Shown here piece after piece: positions 9,520 to 18,347 of a stretch of 64,000 nt of DNA. Origin of the DNA: Chthoniobacteraceae bacterium (lineage in GTDB: Bacteria > Verrucomicrobiota > Verrucomicrobiia > Chthoniobacterales > Chthoniobacteraceae); assembly GCA_031409335.1 (NCBI GenBank), contig JANNWY010000170.1, positions 1 through 64,000 on the forward strand, given 5' to 3'. A program made the translations under genes and the position numbers. Within the stretch, counting starts at the first letter, position 1; each line of letters starts with the position of its first letter. The notes under the pieces are model-generated. The model ran no database searches. It was not told the DNA's origin and saw nothing but the letters and a program-made list of their open reading frames with translations.

Positions 9520-11513
9520 TTCGTGCGCGGATTTTTCAGATAGTAAAAGCGTCCGTCCTCCGCGCCGCCAAGGAAGTCGGGGATGCCGTCGCCATTAAAG
9601 TCAACGGTGGTCGGGCTCACGTCGTGACCCTCGATGCTTTGTTTGGCGAGCAGACCCATGTCGCGGAAGAACCACTTCCCATCGGCACTCGCGGTCTGGA
9701 GCAAGAGATTGGCGTTGGCGGAATTTAAGAGGATGTCGAGTTTCCCGTCGCCGTCCCAATCCACGATGGCGAGTTTGCGACGCCCGCTTTTTCCTGCGAG
9801 TCCCGCGCTCAGTTTCAGCGGTTCCGCAGCGTCGGCGCACAGGACGCGTTTCGGCGGGAGCAGCACGAGTTTGCCGTCGCGTTTTGTGCGCTCGAAAAAT
9901 GCGGGGTAGCCCTCGTGGTCGAGCATCACGAGGTCGGTGAGACCGTCACGATTCCAATCCACGGCGACGGGCGTGGTGCGCCATTGCGTGAGCAGCGCCT
10001 TGCCTTCGGGGCGCAGCCAGCCGTAGGCGAGCGCGGGCTGCGCGCCGTCCCACTCGACTTCGATGGGCTGTTCGGCGGCGAGCTTGGGCAGATTGCGCGT
10101 TCCGATGTTTTTGAACCACGCGACTTTTCCGAGGATGGAGTTCATCAAAATGTCGGGCAGCCCATCGCCGTCCCAATCCGCGATGCTCAAAGTCGTGTAG
10201 CCCCATTTCGCCTCGGCGGGGCCTTGGATGCTGCCGTTCTGCCCAGCCATCGGGCGGATGACTTTGCCGTCGGCTTCGAGATTTCTCGGCGCGGCCCACT
10301 TGGGCTTTTCGACGCCGGGGTCGGAGAGATTTTCGAAGAAGGCTATGTAGCCCGCAGTGTTGCCGCTGATGATGTCGGTGTCGCCGTCGCCGTCCCAATC
10401 GAAGCCAACCGGCGTCGCGAGCGCGCCGCATTTCAAATCGGCGGCCTCTTGTTGGAAGTAGCGCGGCGGGAGGAACTGCGGTGTGTGGTCGGCGGTGAAC
10501 TTGCCCGTGTTTTCCACGAACGCCACGCGCCCGTCCTCATCGCCGACGATCAAATCGAAGTCGCCATCCTTATCCCAATCAATCGCTGTGGGCGTGATCA
10601 TTTCCAAGTCCATCGTCAGCGGACGCAGCGAACCGGGAAGCCCCGCAGCTTCTTGCTTCGCCAGCCACGCGGCGGGAAATCCCTGCTCGTTTGCCGGGAG
10701 CGTCAGTCGGCGGCCCAGCGCATATTCCGGCGCAGTGCGAGTGCTCTTGTTTTCAAAATACGTGAAGCCATCAAGGAACTCGCCGCACAGCAAATCGAGA
10801 TCGCCGTCGCCGTCGAAGTCCGCGAAATTTGGCGACGGCCAGCCGAAGGTTTCGACGCCCGGGAGTTTCACAGGCTTGTCGTACACTGGCTGCTCGGTCG
10901 TGCCCGTATTGCGGACGAAATAGATGAAGCCGCGCAACGGCCCATTGGTCCAGTTGCCGTCGAGCGTGTAGGCATTGTCCCAACCGTATTCCGCCCAGTC
11001 GCCGACGCCGACAATGATGTCCAGTTTTCCATCGCCGTCGAAATCCACATAGCGCCACATATTCGCGCGGACTTTGGTTGGATGAATGTTCGCCGGCAGC
11101 GGCACCTTCGTTGCGTGGTCGAGGCCCGTCTTTAGAAAATCGGGATACTCGTTACCCGGCGAAAGCACACGCGGCTGGCGGTCCACGTAGCTGACTTGCA
11201 CGTTCTGCATTCCCTTGCTGATGCGGCGCGCAGCCTTGAACACGGGCAGCTTGTTCTTCCCCGTATCGCCGCTTGCATTCTCGAAGAAGTAAGTCCCGTT
11301 GTAAGGCTTGTCCGGGCAGTTCACGATAAGGTCTAGGTCGCCATCGCCATCGAAATCCATCGGCAGCGGCCAAGCCCACAAGCCGACGCCGAGATCCACC
11401 ACGAGTCCGGGGTTATTGTATTTGAGCCGCTCAAGATTCTCCGCACCCGCGCTGAGCGTCAGCGCGGCGAACAGCAGTCCCGCGATAGCCCGTTCTCGAT
11501 TGATGGTATTCAT
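9516..11513 (-). CDS. Secreted FG-GAP/VCBS-repeat beta-propeller protein
   Basis: Signal peptide MNTINRERAIAGLLFAALTLSAGA and about nine D[FW][DN]GDG..D repeats. Confidence 0.88.
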   Translation of the reverse strand: MNTINRERAIAGLLFAALTLSAGAENLERLKYNNPGLVVDLGVGLWAWPLPMDFDGDGDLDLIVNCPDKPYNGTYFFENASGDTGKNKLPVFKAARRISKGMQNVQVSYVDRQPRVLSPGNEYPDFLKTGLDHATKVPLPANIHPTKVRANMWRYVDFDGDGKLDIIVGVGDWAEYGWDNAYTLDGNWTNGPLRGFIYFVRNTGTTEQPVYDKPVKLPGVETFGWPSPNFADFDGDGDLDLLCGEFLDGFTYFENKSTRTAPEYALGRRLTLPANEQGFPAAWLAKQEAAGLPGSLRPLTMDLEMITPTAIDWDKDGDFDLIVGDEDGRVAFVENTGKFTADHTPQFLPPRYFQQEAADLKCGALATPVGFDWDGDGDTDIISGNTAGYIAFFENLSDPGVEKPKWAAPRNLEADGKVIRPMAGQNGSIQGPAEAKWGYTTLSIADWDGDGLPDILMNSILGKVAWFKNIGTRNLPKLAAEQPIEVEWDGAQPALAYGWLRPEGKALLTQWRTTPVAVDWNRDGLTDLVMLDHEGYPAFFERTKRDGKLVLLPPKRVLCADAAEPLKLSAGLAGKSGRRKLAIVDWDGDGKLDILLNSANANLLLQTASADGKWFFRDMGLLAKQSIEGHDVSPTTVDFNGDGIPDFLGGAEDGRFYYLKNPRTK

Positions 11514-11586
11514 GATTTTTCGGACGCTAGCGCACTCGTGCGAATCCGTCTTGCGGGATCGTCGTGCAGACGATATTGCACAGCCA

Positions 11587-12480
11587 ATGCGCGACAAAAA
11601 GCAACCACCCGCCGAACTGCTGGTCAGCGGTGCCGACCTCGACTTGCCGCTCGTCGAGACGCTGGGAGACATCCGCAGCCACAGCGCCTCGCGAATCACC
11701 TGGCATGTTCACGAGCGGTTCGAGCTCCTGTTCCTGCTGGAAGGCGCGACGGCTTACGAATTTTCCGGCGGGCGAACGCTCGACTTGCCCGGCGGCCATT
11801 TCCTCGTTGTCCCGCCACGCACCCGGCATCGCGGCACCCACAATGTGCGGATGCCCGCGAAACTTTGCGGCATCGTTTTCGATCCCCGCCGCCCCGCGTC
11901 CGCCCGCCATACTCCATTCGCCCCACAGGACCTCGACTGGCTGACCCAGCAGTTCGAGCGGCACTCGCTGGAAGTCCAGCCGATGGGCGCGGACTTGCGG
12001 CGACTCGCGGCGGAACTCAGCCGACAAGTGCGGGAATTTCCCAGCCGAAGGACCAGCAGCACTGCTGTCATTTCCCTGCGACTGCTCGCGAGTTCCGCCC
12101 TTCTCGAAGCTGCGCGGCAACTCGCGGCGGCCGCCAGCGCAAAGCCGCAACGCGCCATCGCGGCAGCCGTCGCGCATCTGGAGGCAAACTTCCAAGAGCC
12201 GCTCCAAATGACCGCCCTCGCACGCGCAGCGGGATGCGGACGAGCGCGCCTCTTCCTACTTTTCAAGCAATCCACCGGCATGACGCCAAACGATTTCCTC
12301 CAGCGCCTCCGGGTCAATAAAGCCCGCGCGCTCCTCGCCGGCACGACGCGACTCGTTACCGACATCGCGTTCGCCACAGGATTTTCCTCCAGCCAGTATT
12401 TCAGCAACGTCTTCCGCAAATACGCAGGCTGCACGCCGAGTCAGTTCCGTCTGGGTGGCGGGAAAAAGCACTCCGAGTAG
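11587..12480 (+). CDS. AraC family regulator with cupin sensor domain
   Basis: WHVHERFELLF cupin motif and C-terminal HTH (LFKQSTGMTP, DIAFATGFSSSQYFS). Divergent from the sugar operon. Confidence 0.92.
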   Translation: MRDKKQPPAELLVSGADLDLPLVETLGDIRSHSASRITWHVHERFELLFLLEGATAYEFSGGRTLDLPGGHFLVVPPRTRHRGTHNVRMPAKLCGIVFDPRRPASARHTPFAPQDLDWLTQQFERHSLEVQPMGADLRRLAAELSRQVREFPSRRTSSTAVISLRLLASSALLEAARQLAAAASAKPQRAIAAAVAHLEANFQEPLQMTALARAAGCGRARLFLLFKQSTGMTPNDFLQRLRVNKARALLAGTTRLVTDIAFATGFSSSQYFSNVFRKYAGCTPSQFRLGGGKKHSE

Positions 12481-12512
12481 CAGACGGATGCTGATGCCAG
12501 GAAAGGCGTATG

Positions 12513-12601
12513 TCACCGCGCACGGCCTCTCCGGCCGAGGTGCCACTTGCCGAAATGCATGGTGGCAAAGCCCTTCGCCTTGAATTGACGGGCGTGATTT
12601 T
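12513..12601 (-). pseudogene. Short sulfatase gene remnant
   Basis: Intergenic minus-strand codons 12593-12534 read ARQFKAKGFATMHFGKWHLG, resembling the sulfatase G-Y-x-T-x-x-x-G-K-W-H signature, with no intact ORF around it. Confidence 0.6.
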
Positions 12602-12616
12602 GTGGGAGCGGGTGCG

Positions 12617-12645
12617 TTGACACTCCCGGACGCTGCCCGGATAGT
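12617..12645 (+). promoter_or_regulatory. Sigma70-like promoter, near-leaderless
   Basis: TTGACA-N17-GATAGT, ending 8 nt before the GTG start at 12654. Confidence 0.5.
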
Positions 12646-12653
12646 CGCCGCCT

Positions 12654-13718
12654 GTGTTCCGGCCTACGATCGCGGCGCTGACAGCCGCCCTTTTCCTCGC
12701 GCCCGCGCGCGCGGCGGATGAGGTGTCTCCCGCGCCCGCGCGGCCCGCGATTTCCACGGTCTATTTCGCGCAGAGCACGGAGGCCGTGGAGCAGTTTCAG
12801 GAAAACCGGGGGGTCACGCGGCGCATGGTCGATCGGCTCGTCATGGATGTCACCGGGCAGGACAGCGTGGCGGGTGCGTGGCGGACGCTGGTTTCGCCAA
12901 ATGATCGCGTGGGCATCAAGGTCGCCGCGGCAGGCGCGCCGTATTGCGCTTCGCATCCGGGCGTGGTGGAGGCGATCGTCGCGGGGCTGGAGCTGGCGGG
13001 GATTCCGCGGAAAAAGGTGATCGTGTGGGATCGCGAGCCCGAGATGCTGCGACTGGCGGGATTCGACGGACGCAGCGGTTATTCCGTGCAGGCGATCGAC
13101 CCGCCGCGCGGCTACGATCGGCAGGCCACGTTCACCGCGGCCGTGCTCGGCAAGCTGATCTGGGGCGATTTGCTTTTCCGGGAAAAAGTCCGGCGCCCCG
13201 ATGGCAAACGCGCGAGCGAAGCCGACCAGCTCAGCTCCACCAGCCACCTTGCCACGATCCTCACGCGTGGCGTCACGAAGATCATCAACGTCCCCGTGCT
13301 CACCGAGGAAGCTGGCTGCGGAGTGGCGGGCGCGCTTTACAACATGACGGTGCCGAACGTGGACAATTGGCGACGCTTCCTCCAGCTCGACGCGTCGAAC
13401 ACTGAATCCATCGCGTCGCTTTACGCCGACGAACGCATCGCTCCGAAAGTCGTGCTGCACATCATGGACGCGCTCGTCGCACAATACGCTGGCGGCCCGC
13501 GCTTCCAGCCGAACTACGCCTTCGCGCACGGCACCATCTACGCGAGCCGCGATCCCGTGGCGCTCGATTCGCTCGGCCTGCGCAAACTCGAAGAATGGCG
13601 CAAGCCCGCAAAGCTAGCGCCCATCGGCGATCGCGCCGAGTGGCTGAAAAACGCGGAGCAGCTCGGCATCGGCCATTTCGCGCCGGAAAAAATCTCGCTC
13701 ATCCCCGCGACGCGATGA
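12654..13718 (+). CDS. Secreted DUF362-like protein
   Basis: Signal peptide, LVSPNDRVGIKV, IINVPVL, ASRDPVALD motifs. Confidence 0.7.
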   Translation: MFRPTIAALTAALFLAPARAADEVSPAPARPAISTVYFAQSTEAVEQFQENRGVTRRMVDRLVMDVTGQDSVAGAWRTLVSPNDRVGIKVAAAGAPYCASHPGVVEAIVAGLELAGIPRKKVIVWDREPEMLRLAGFDGRSGYSVQAIDPPRGYDRQATFTAAVLGKLIWGDLLFREKVRRPDGKRASEADQLSSTSHLATILTRGVTKIINVPVLTEEAGCGVAGALYNMTVPNVDNWRRFLQLDASNTESIASLYADERIAPKVVLHIMDALVAQYAGGPRFQPNYAFAHGTIYASRDPVALDSLGLRKLEEWRKPAKLAPIGDRAEWLKNAEQLGIGHFAPEKISLIPATR

Positions 13719-14656
13719 ACACCGCTGACCTCGGCGGCCCGCTGCTGAAATCGGTCTCGCGTTCTTTCTACCTCACGATCCGCATCCTGCCCGCGCGCAT
13801 TCAAGCGCCCATCGGCCTCGCCTATCTGCTCGCCCGCGCGAGCGACACCATCGCCGACACCGCCGAGGCCCCCGAGCCCGTGCGCCTTCGCCACCTTGCG
13901 GCTTTTGGTGAAATGATTCGCGTCAGCAGCCGCGCAGGGCTTCCCGAATTGCAGCGCGAAATCCAGCCGCCCGATCCCGGCGAACGCGAACTCATCGCGC
14001 GGCTCGACCGCTGTCTGGAGTGGCTCGCGAGTTTGCCGGAAAACGACCGCCGCGAGATTGCCGACGTGATGGAAAAAATCATCCGCGGCCAGACGCTCGA
14101 CCTTCAGCGTTTCCCAAAAGGCGACCGCGTCATCGCGCTAAATACCGCCACCGAATTGGATGAATACACGTACCTCGTCGCTGGCTGCGTCGGTGAATTT
14201 TGGACGCGCATCTGCCTCGCGCACTTGCCGCGTTACGCCGGCGAATCCGAAGCCGAACTGCTGCGCCTCGGCACGAATTTCGGCAAGGGCCTGCAACTCG
14301 TGAACATCCTGCGCGACATCCCCGCAGACCGTCGCGCCGGACGCTGCTATCTGCCGGACGACGAACTCCGCGCCGCCAAATCCACGCCGGAAAAACCCGC
14401 GCGCGAAGTCTTCGACCGCTGGCATCGCCGCGCCGCCGAACATCTCGCGGACGGACGCCGCTATATCGCCGCGCTGCGCCCCGCGCGCCTGCGCGTCGGC
14501 TGTTTTCTCCCGTGGTATCTTGGCGTCGAAACCTTGCGCCTGATCAACGAGTGCTCACCGCTGGAGTCCGAGGCAAAAATCAAGGTCCCACGCTCGACCG
14601 TCCGCGCCGCACTCTTCCGCGCCCCGCTCGTCGCGTTTTCAAATCGTCCCTTTTAA
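13715..14656 (+). CDS. Squalene/phytoene synthase family protein
   Basis: VSRSFYLTI, YLLARASDTIAD, YLVAGCVGEFWT, GLQLVNILRD. ATGA overlap with the upstream gene. Confidence 0.9.
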   Translation: MNTADLGGPLLKSVSRSFYLTIRILPARIQAPIGLAYLLARASDTIADTAEAPEPVRLRHLAAFGEMIRVSSRAGLPELQREIQPPDPGERELIARLDRCLEWLASLPENDRREIADVMEKIIRGQTLDLQRFPKGDRVIALNTATELDEYTYLVAGCVGEFWTRICLAHLPRYAGESEAELLRLGTNFGKGLQLVNILRDIPADRRAGRCYLPDDELRAAKSTPEKPAREVFDRWHRRAAEHLADGRRYIAALRPARLRVGCFLPWYLGVETLRLINECSPLESEAKIKVPRSTVRAALFRAPLVAFSNRPF

Positions 14657-14663
14657 GCGCGCG

Positions 14664-17486
14664 TCATTTCCCGCTGATCGTTCCCATATTCAGCGCGCGC
14701 AGCTCCTCGTCGAGCGCGGTGAGATTCCAGACCACGATGGTGCCGCGCGCGGTGTGCAGGGCGAGGCGCGTGTCGTCGCCGCTGAAGGCGAGCCGGGCGG
14801 AACCGGCGCTGCCGATAAAGGCGGGGAGGCGGGCGAGTTCGGTGAGGTCGGTGGCGCGATGCAAGATGACTTCGTTGCCCGAAAGGCTCGCGGCAAACTG
14901 GCCGCCGGGGCTCACCGCGAAGGCGGGAAACAACCGCGCGAATGGCGGGGCGGCGGGCGTCCAGGTGTCGGTGCGGATGCGCTGCGCGGCCTTATCGCCC
15001 CAGAGCCAGAGCGTCGCGCCGTTTCCGGTGAAGGCCGCGCCGAGTACGATGCCGGGATGATCCAGAGTTCGTTGGCGCTGGCCCTCGGGCAGGCTCCAGA
15101 GGCGTGCGCCGGGTTCCGAAAAACTGCCCGTCACCGCCCACCGTCCGTCCGGGCTGAGTGCGCCGCCGAATGGATCGGTCTGCGCGAGGCGGACGCGCTG
15201 CCATCCGGCGGGAATGACCACTTCGACGTAGTCGTCGCCGGGAGCGTTTCCGTTGTTCGTGAGCGCGACCGCTCCACCGTCGTCCCGCATCGCGGCGATG
15301 AGCGGGCCCGAGCCAAATCCGGTATGCTCGATCGCGCGAAACTCCGGCCAGTCCGCGCGCGGGCGCTGGATCGGGAGCCGGCGCAAGGCGCGATCCCACC
15401 CGCTCAACCACAGGCTCGCGCCGTCATTCGTCAGTCGTGCGGACATCCATTCGGTCGTGGTTTTCGGCTCGAAATGCGCGAGCCGTCCGCGGCGCAGATT
15501 CCACACCCGGCAGCCCGTTTCATCGACCACGGAAGCGAGGTCGCCAGTCGAGTCGAGCGTGAGGTTTGGGAAATTTTCCGAGTGCGGCTCGTCCTTTCCC
15601 GGCGCGAGCATCTGCGCGGTGCGCGACCAGTCGATGCGGTAATCGTTCACCAAACCGTCGTTTTCGCGCAGGCAGAAAAGATGCGCACCATCCTCCGACC
15701 ACCACGCGCGACTGATGGATTGGTTTTGGCCTTCGATGCGCAGGATTTCCACACCGAGCGCGGCGTGCCAGATGCGCACGATGCTGTCGTGCGCGATCGT
15801 CACCAGCTCTTGTCCGTGCGGACGAAAGCGGGCGGCTTCGATCGCGTTGTCGTGCCCGGTGAAGCGATGCAGGCGCTGGCCGCTCATCGTGTCCCAGACG
15901 TACACGAGAAAGTCTTCGCTGCCGACGGCGAGGAGTTCGCCTGCCCAGTCGAGGCATTTCACGCGCCCAAAGTGCGCGAGCGTTTGCCGCACTTTGCCGG
16001 ATGGCAATTCGTGCAGCGTCACGTCGTTTGGGATTCTGTCGCCGACCGCGCGGGCAATGGCGATGCGGGTTCCCGTGTCGTCCAGTTGCGCGACCGGTCG
16101 TTTGGCAAAGCCAGTGAGGCGCGCGCTTTCGCGGCCCGTGGCGCGCTCGATCACGAGCAGCGCGTTGTTTTCAAAACGCAATTCCCAGCGGCCATCGGCG
16201 CTCGCGCCGGGCTCGGGAGCGGCGCGCGGCGGGAGCGTTTTTTCGAGCGTGATTTCCGCGAGCGAAAGACAGGCGATGACTTCGTTGCGCAGTTCCGCCG
16301 AGGGCTTGATGGCCCACGCTTCGCGCAGCGCGGTGAGCGCTCGCGTGCGTGCGCCGCTCACGCCTTCCGCCCGGATGATGCGCGCATCGGCGATGAGCGC
16401 GGTGCGGTGTTCCAAGCGCTCCTGATGCTTCGCAAAGGACAGCGAACCGATGACCAGCGCGGCCAGCAAAATCGCGACGAGGGTGAGCAGCGCGGCGATG
16501 GCGGGATGGCGTCGGCACCAGCGCCAGAGACGATCCGCGGGCGAGGCGGGGCGCGCGCGGATGGTTTCGCCGGCGAGGAAACGGGCGAGGTCAGCGGCGA
16601 CTTCGCGCGCGGTGGCGTAACGATTCGCGGGGTCTTTTGCGAGGCAGTGCAGCGCGATGGTTTCCAGATCGCGCGGGATGTTCGGCGTGAGTTTTCGCGG
16701 CGGGAGTGGATCGTTTTCGCGGAGCTGGAGCAGGATGGAATCGAGCGTGGGGCCTTGAAACGGCGGGCGTCCGGTGAGCAGGTGGTAGAGCAGCGCGCCG
16801 AGCCCGTACACGTCGGTGCGCGCGTCCGCGTTCCCGCCGAAGGCTTGCTCCGGCGCAGCGTATCCGGGCGAGCCGAGCATTTGGCCGGTGCGGGTGATTT
16901 CGGCGGCATCGGTGGTGTGGCGCGCGAGTCCGAAATCGGTGACGCGCGGCTGGCCGTCTTCGGCGAGGAGGATGTTCGAAGGCTTGAGATCGCGATGCAG
17001 GACGCCGTGCTCGTGCGCGTGCTGCACGGCCTCGGCGACGCGCTGGACGCACTGCGCGGCGTCGCGCGCGGCGAGCGGATGTTCGCGCACGCGCGCGGCG
17101 AGATTTTCGCCCGGCACGAGGTCCATGGAAAACCAGAGCACGCCCGCGTCTTCACCCACATCGTGGATCGCGACGATGCCCGGATGCTGCAAGCGCGCCG
17201 CCGCCGCAGCCTCGGTGCGAAACCGCGCCTGCGCCTCCGCGCCCGCAAATTCGCCTCCGCGCAAAACTTTCACCGCGACCTCGCGCCCGAGCCGCCGCTG
17301 CCGTGCGCGATAGACGATGCCCATCCCGCCGCGCGCGAGTTCGTCGCCGATTTCGTAATCGCCGAGCGTCTGCGTTTTCTCCGCGCCGCCGAGGGTGAGG
17401 CGGAGCAGGCATTGCGGGCACATGCCCGTCGCGAGGCCGCGCGGGAGCGGTTCGCCGCAGTCGGGGCAAAGGGTGGGGCCGATCAT
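14664..17486 (-). CDS. Ser/Thr protein kinase with TM segment and WD40 repeats
   Basis: N-terminal CPDC...CPQC, ARGGMGIVY, VAVK, HRDLKPSN, DFGLA, YAAPEQ, hydrophobic segment, GH..WD-like repeats. Confidence 0.95.
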   Translation of the reverse strand: MIGPTLCPDCGEPLPRGLATGMCPQCLLRLTLGGAEKTQTLGDYEIGDELARGGMGIVYRARQRRLGREVAVKVLRGGEFAGAEAQARFRTEAAAAARLQHPGIVAIHDVGEDAGVLWFSMDLVPGENLAARVREHPLAARDAAQCVQRVAEAVQHAHEHGVLHRDLKPSNILLAEDGQPRVTDFGLARHTTDAAEITRTGQMLGSPGYAAPEQAFGGNADARTDVYGLGALLYHLLTGRPPFQGPTLDSILLQLRENDPLPPRKLTPNIPRDLETIALHCLAKDPANRYATAREVAADLARFLAGETIRARPASPADRLWRWCRRHPAIAALLTLVAILLAALVIGSLSFAKHQERLEHRTALIADARIIRAEGVSGARTRALTALREAWAIKPSAELRNEVIACLSLAEITLEKTLPPRAAPEPGASADGRWELRFENNALLVIERATGRESARLTGFAKRPVAQLDDTGTRIAIARAVGDRIPNDVTLHELPSGKVRQTLAHFGRVKCLDWAGELLAVGSEDFLVYVWDTMSGQRLHRFTGHDNAIEAARFRPHGQELVTIAHDSIVRIWHAALGVEILRIEGQNQSISRAWWSEDGAHLFCLRENDGLVNDYRIDWSRTAQMLAPGKDEPHSENFPNLTLDSTGDLASVVDETGCRVWNLRRGRLAHFEPKTTTEWMSARLTNDGASLWLSGWDRALRRLPIQRPRADWPEFRAIEHTGFGSGPLIAAMRDDGGAVALTNNGNAPGDDYVEVVIPAGWQRVRLAQTDPFGGALSPDGRWAVTGSFSEPGARLWSLPEGQRQRTLDHPGIVLGAAFTGNGATLWLWGDKAAQRIRTDTWTPAAPPFARLFPAFAVSPGGQFAASLSGNEVILHRATDLTELARLPAFIGSAGSARLAFSGDDTRLALHTARGTIVVWNLTALDEELRALNMGTISGK

Positions 17487-17502
17487 CGGGCGGGGGCGGA
17501 CG

Positions 17503-17604
17503 AAATTGCCGCGGAGGAATCGGAGGACGCGGAAAACGCTGAGAAGATGATCGGATTTTCCGACTCCGCGTTTTCCGTGTCCTCCGCGTCTTCTGCGGCA
17601 ATTT
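17503..17604. repeat. Inverted repeat with 9-bp periodic arms (MITE/REPIN-like)
   Basis: 41-bp arms 17503-17543 and 17564-17604 (6 mismatches by manual count) around a 20-nt spacer. Related copy at 47409. Confidence 0.85.
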
Positions 17605-17628
17605 TCATCCTCATCCGCCGCGGTGCCC

Positions 17629-18015
17629 TTACCAAATCCGCGCCGCGCCGAGGAGCGAGAGCGGGAGGTCGGGGGAAAGAAGCGTCATTTGTTCTTCGAG
17701 CGCCTGCGCGGCGAGCAGACGGTCGAAGGGGTCGGTGTGGACTTTCGGGAGGTCGCCGCTACGGAAGATCGCCTCCTGCGTGAGGGCGAGGCGGAGCAGC
17801 CGGTGATGTTGAAATTTTCCCGGAATCCACAGCCTCGGCTCACCGGGCAGGGGCAATTTTCCGGCGGAATATTTGAGCGTCACTTCCCACACGCTGATGT
17901 CGCTGACGTAGAACTCGGCGTCGGGCGAGTTGAGGATCGTCGAGGCGGTGGCGGAGAGGCGCGTGGGCTGCTGGCTGAGCCAGAGAAAGACGCAGGTATC
18001 GAGCAGGTATTTCAC
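17629..18015 (-). CDS. vapC: PIN-domain toxin (VapC family)
   Basis: YLLDT, SVWE, HTDPFDRLLAAQA, LLSPD. GTG start overlaps the antitoxin stop (GTGA). Confidence 0.92.
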   Translation of the reverse strand: MKYLLDTCVFLWLSQQPTRLSATASTILNSPDAEFYVSDISVWEVTLKYSAGKLPLPGEPRLWIPGKFQHHRLLRLALTQEAIFRSGDLPKVHTDPFDRLLAAQALEEQMTLLSPDLPLSLLGAARIW

Positions 18016-18254
18016 AGGCCCCATTCGCGCAATTCCTCTTCGGTGAGTGGCGCGAACGCGGAGTCGGGAAATTCAAAAGGTGGGCCGACGATGTCGCCGA
18101 CTTTCGGACGCGGCGTTTTCTTCTCAGGCTCGGCGGGGACGAGGCGGGCGACGACTTTGCGGCCGCGGGCGATGAGGATTTCCTCGCCGCCCTCGACGGC
18201 AGCGAGGAGGCGGGAGAGGTGCGTTTTCGCCTCGTGGGTGGTGACGGTTTGCAT
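18012..18254 (-). CDS. Phd/YefM family antitoxin
   Basis: HEAKTHLSRLL..VEGGEEILIAR..VARLVP. Confidence 0.92.
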   Translation of the reverse strand: MQTVTTHEAKTHLSRLLAAVEGGEEILIARGRKVVARLVPAEPEKKTPRPKVGDIVGPPFEFPDSAFAPLTEEELREWGL

Positions 18255-18306
18255 GGGTGGAAATGGCGCACGCCCGGTGGTTAGTCAAGTGGACTTAAGG
18301 GCGGAG

Positions 18307-18344
18307 ATGGGTCATATAGGTCGCATGGGACTCATGGGACCTAT
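18307..18344. repeat. Degenerate 9-bp tandem repeat, four units
   Basis: atgggtcat ataggtcgc atgggactc atgggacct, between the ECF stop and the TA promoter region. Confidence 0.6.
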
Positions 18345-18347
18345 TTT

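Noticed and set aside
14754..17783. 1009-aa plus-strand ORF and other long antisense ORFs (for example 19213-21096, 34252-36021, 56674-58227, 60390-62609)
   Set aside because: They lie opposite well-supported genes, lack motifs, and are expected shadow ORFs in high-GC coding DNA.
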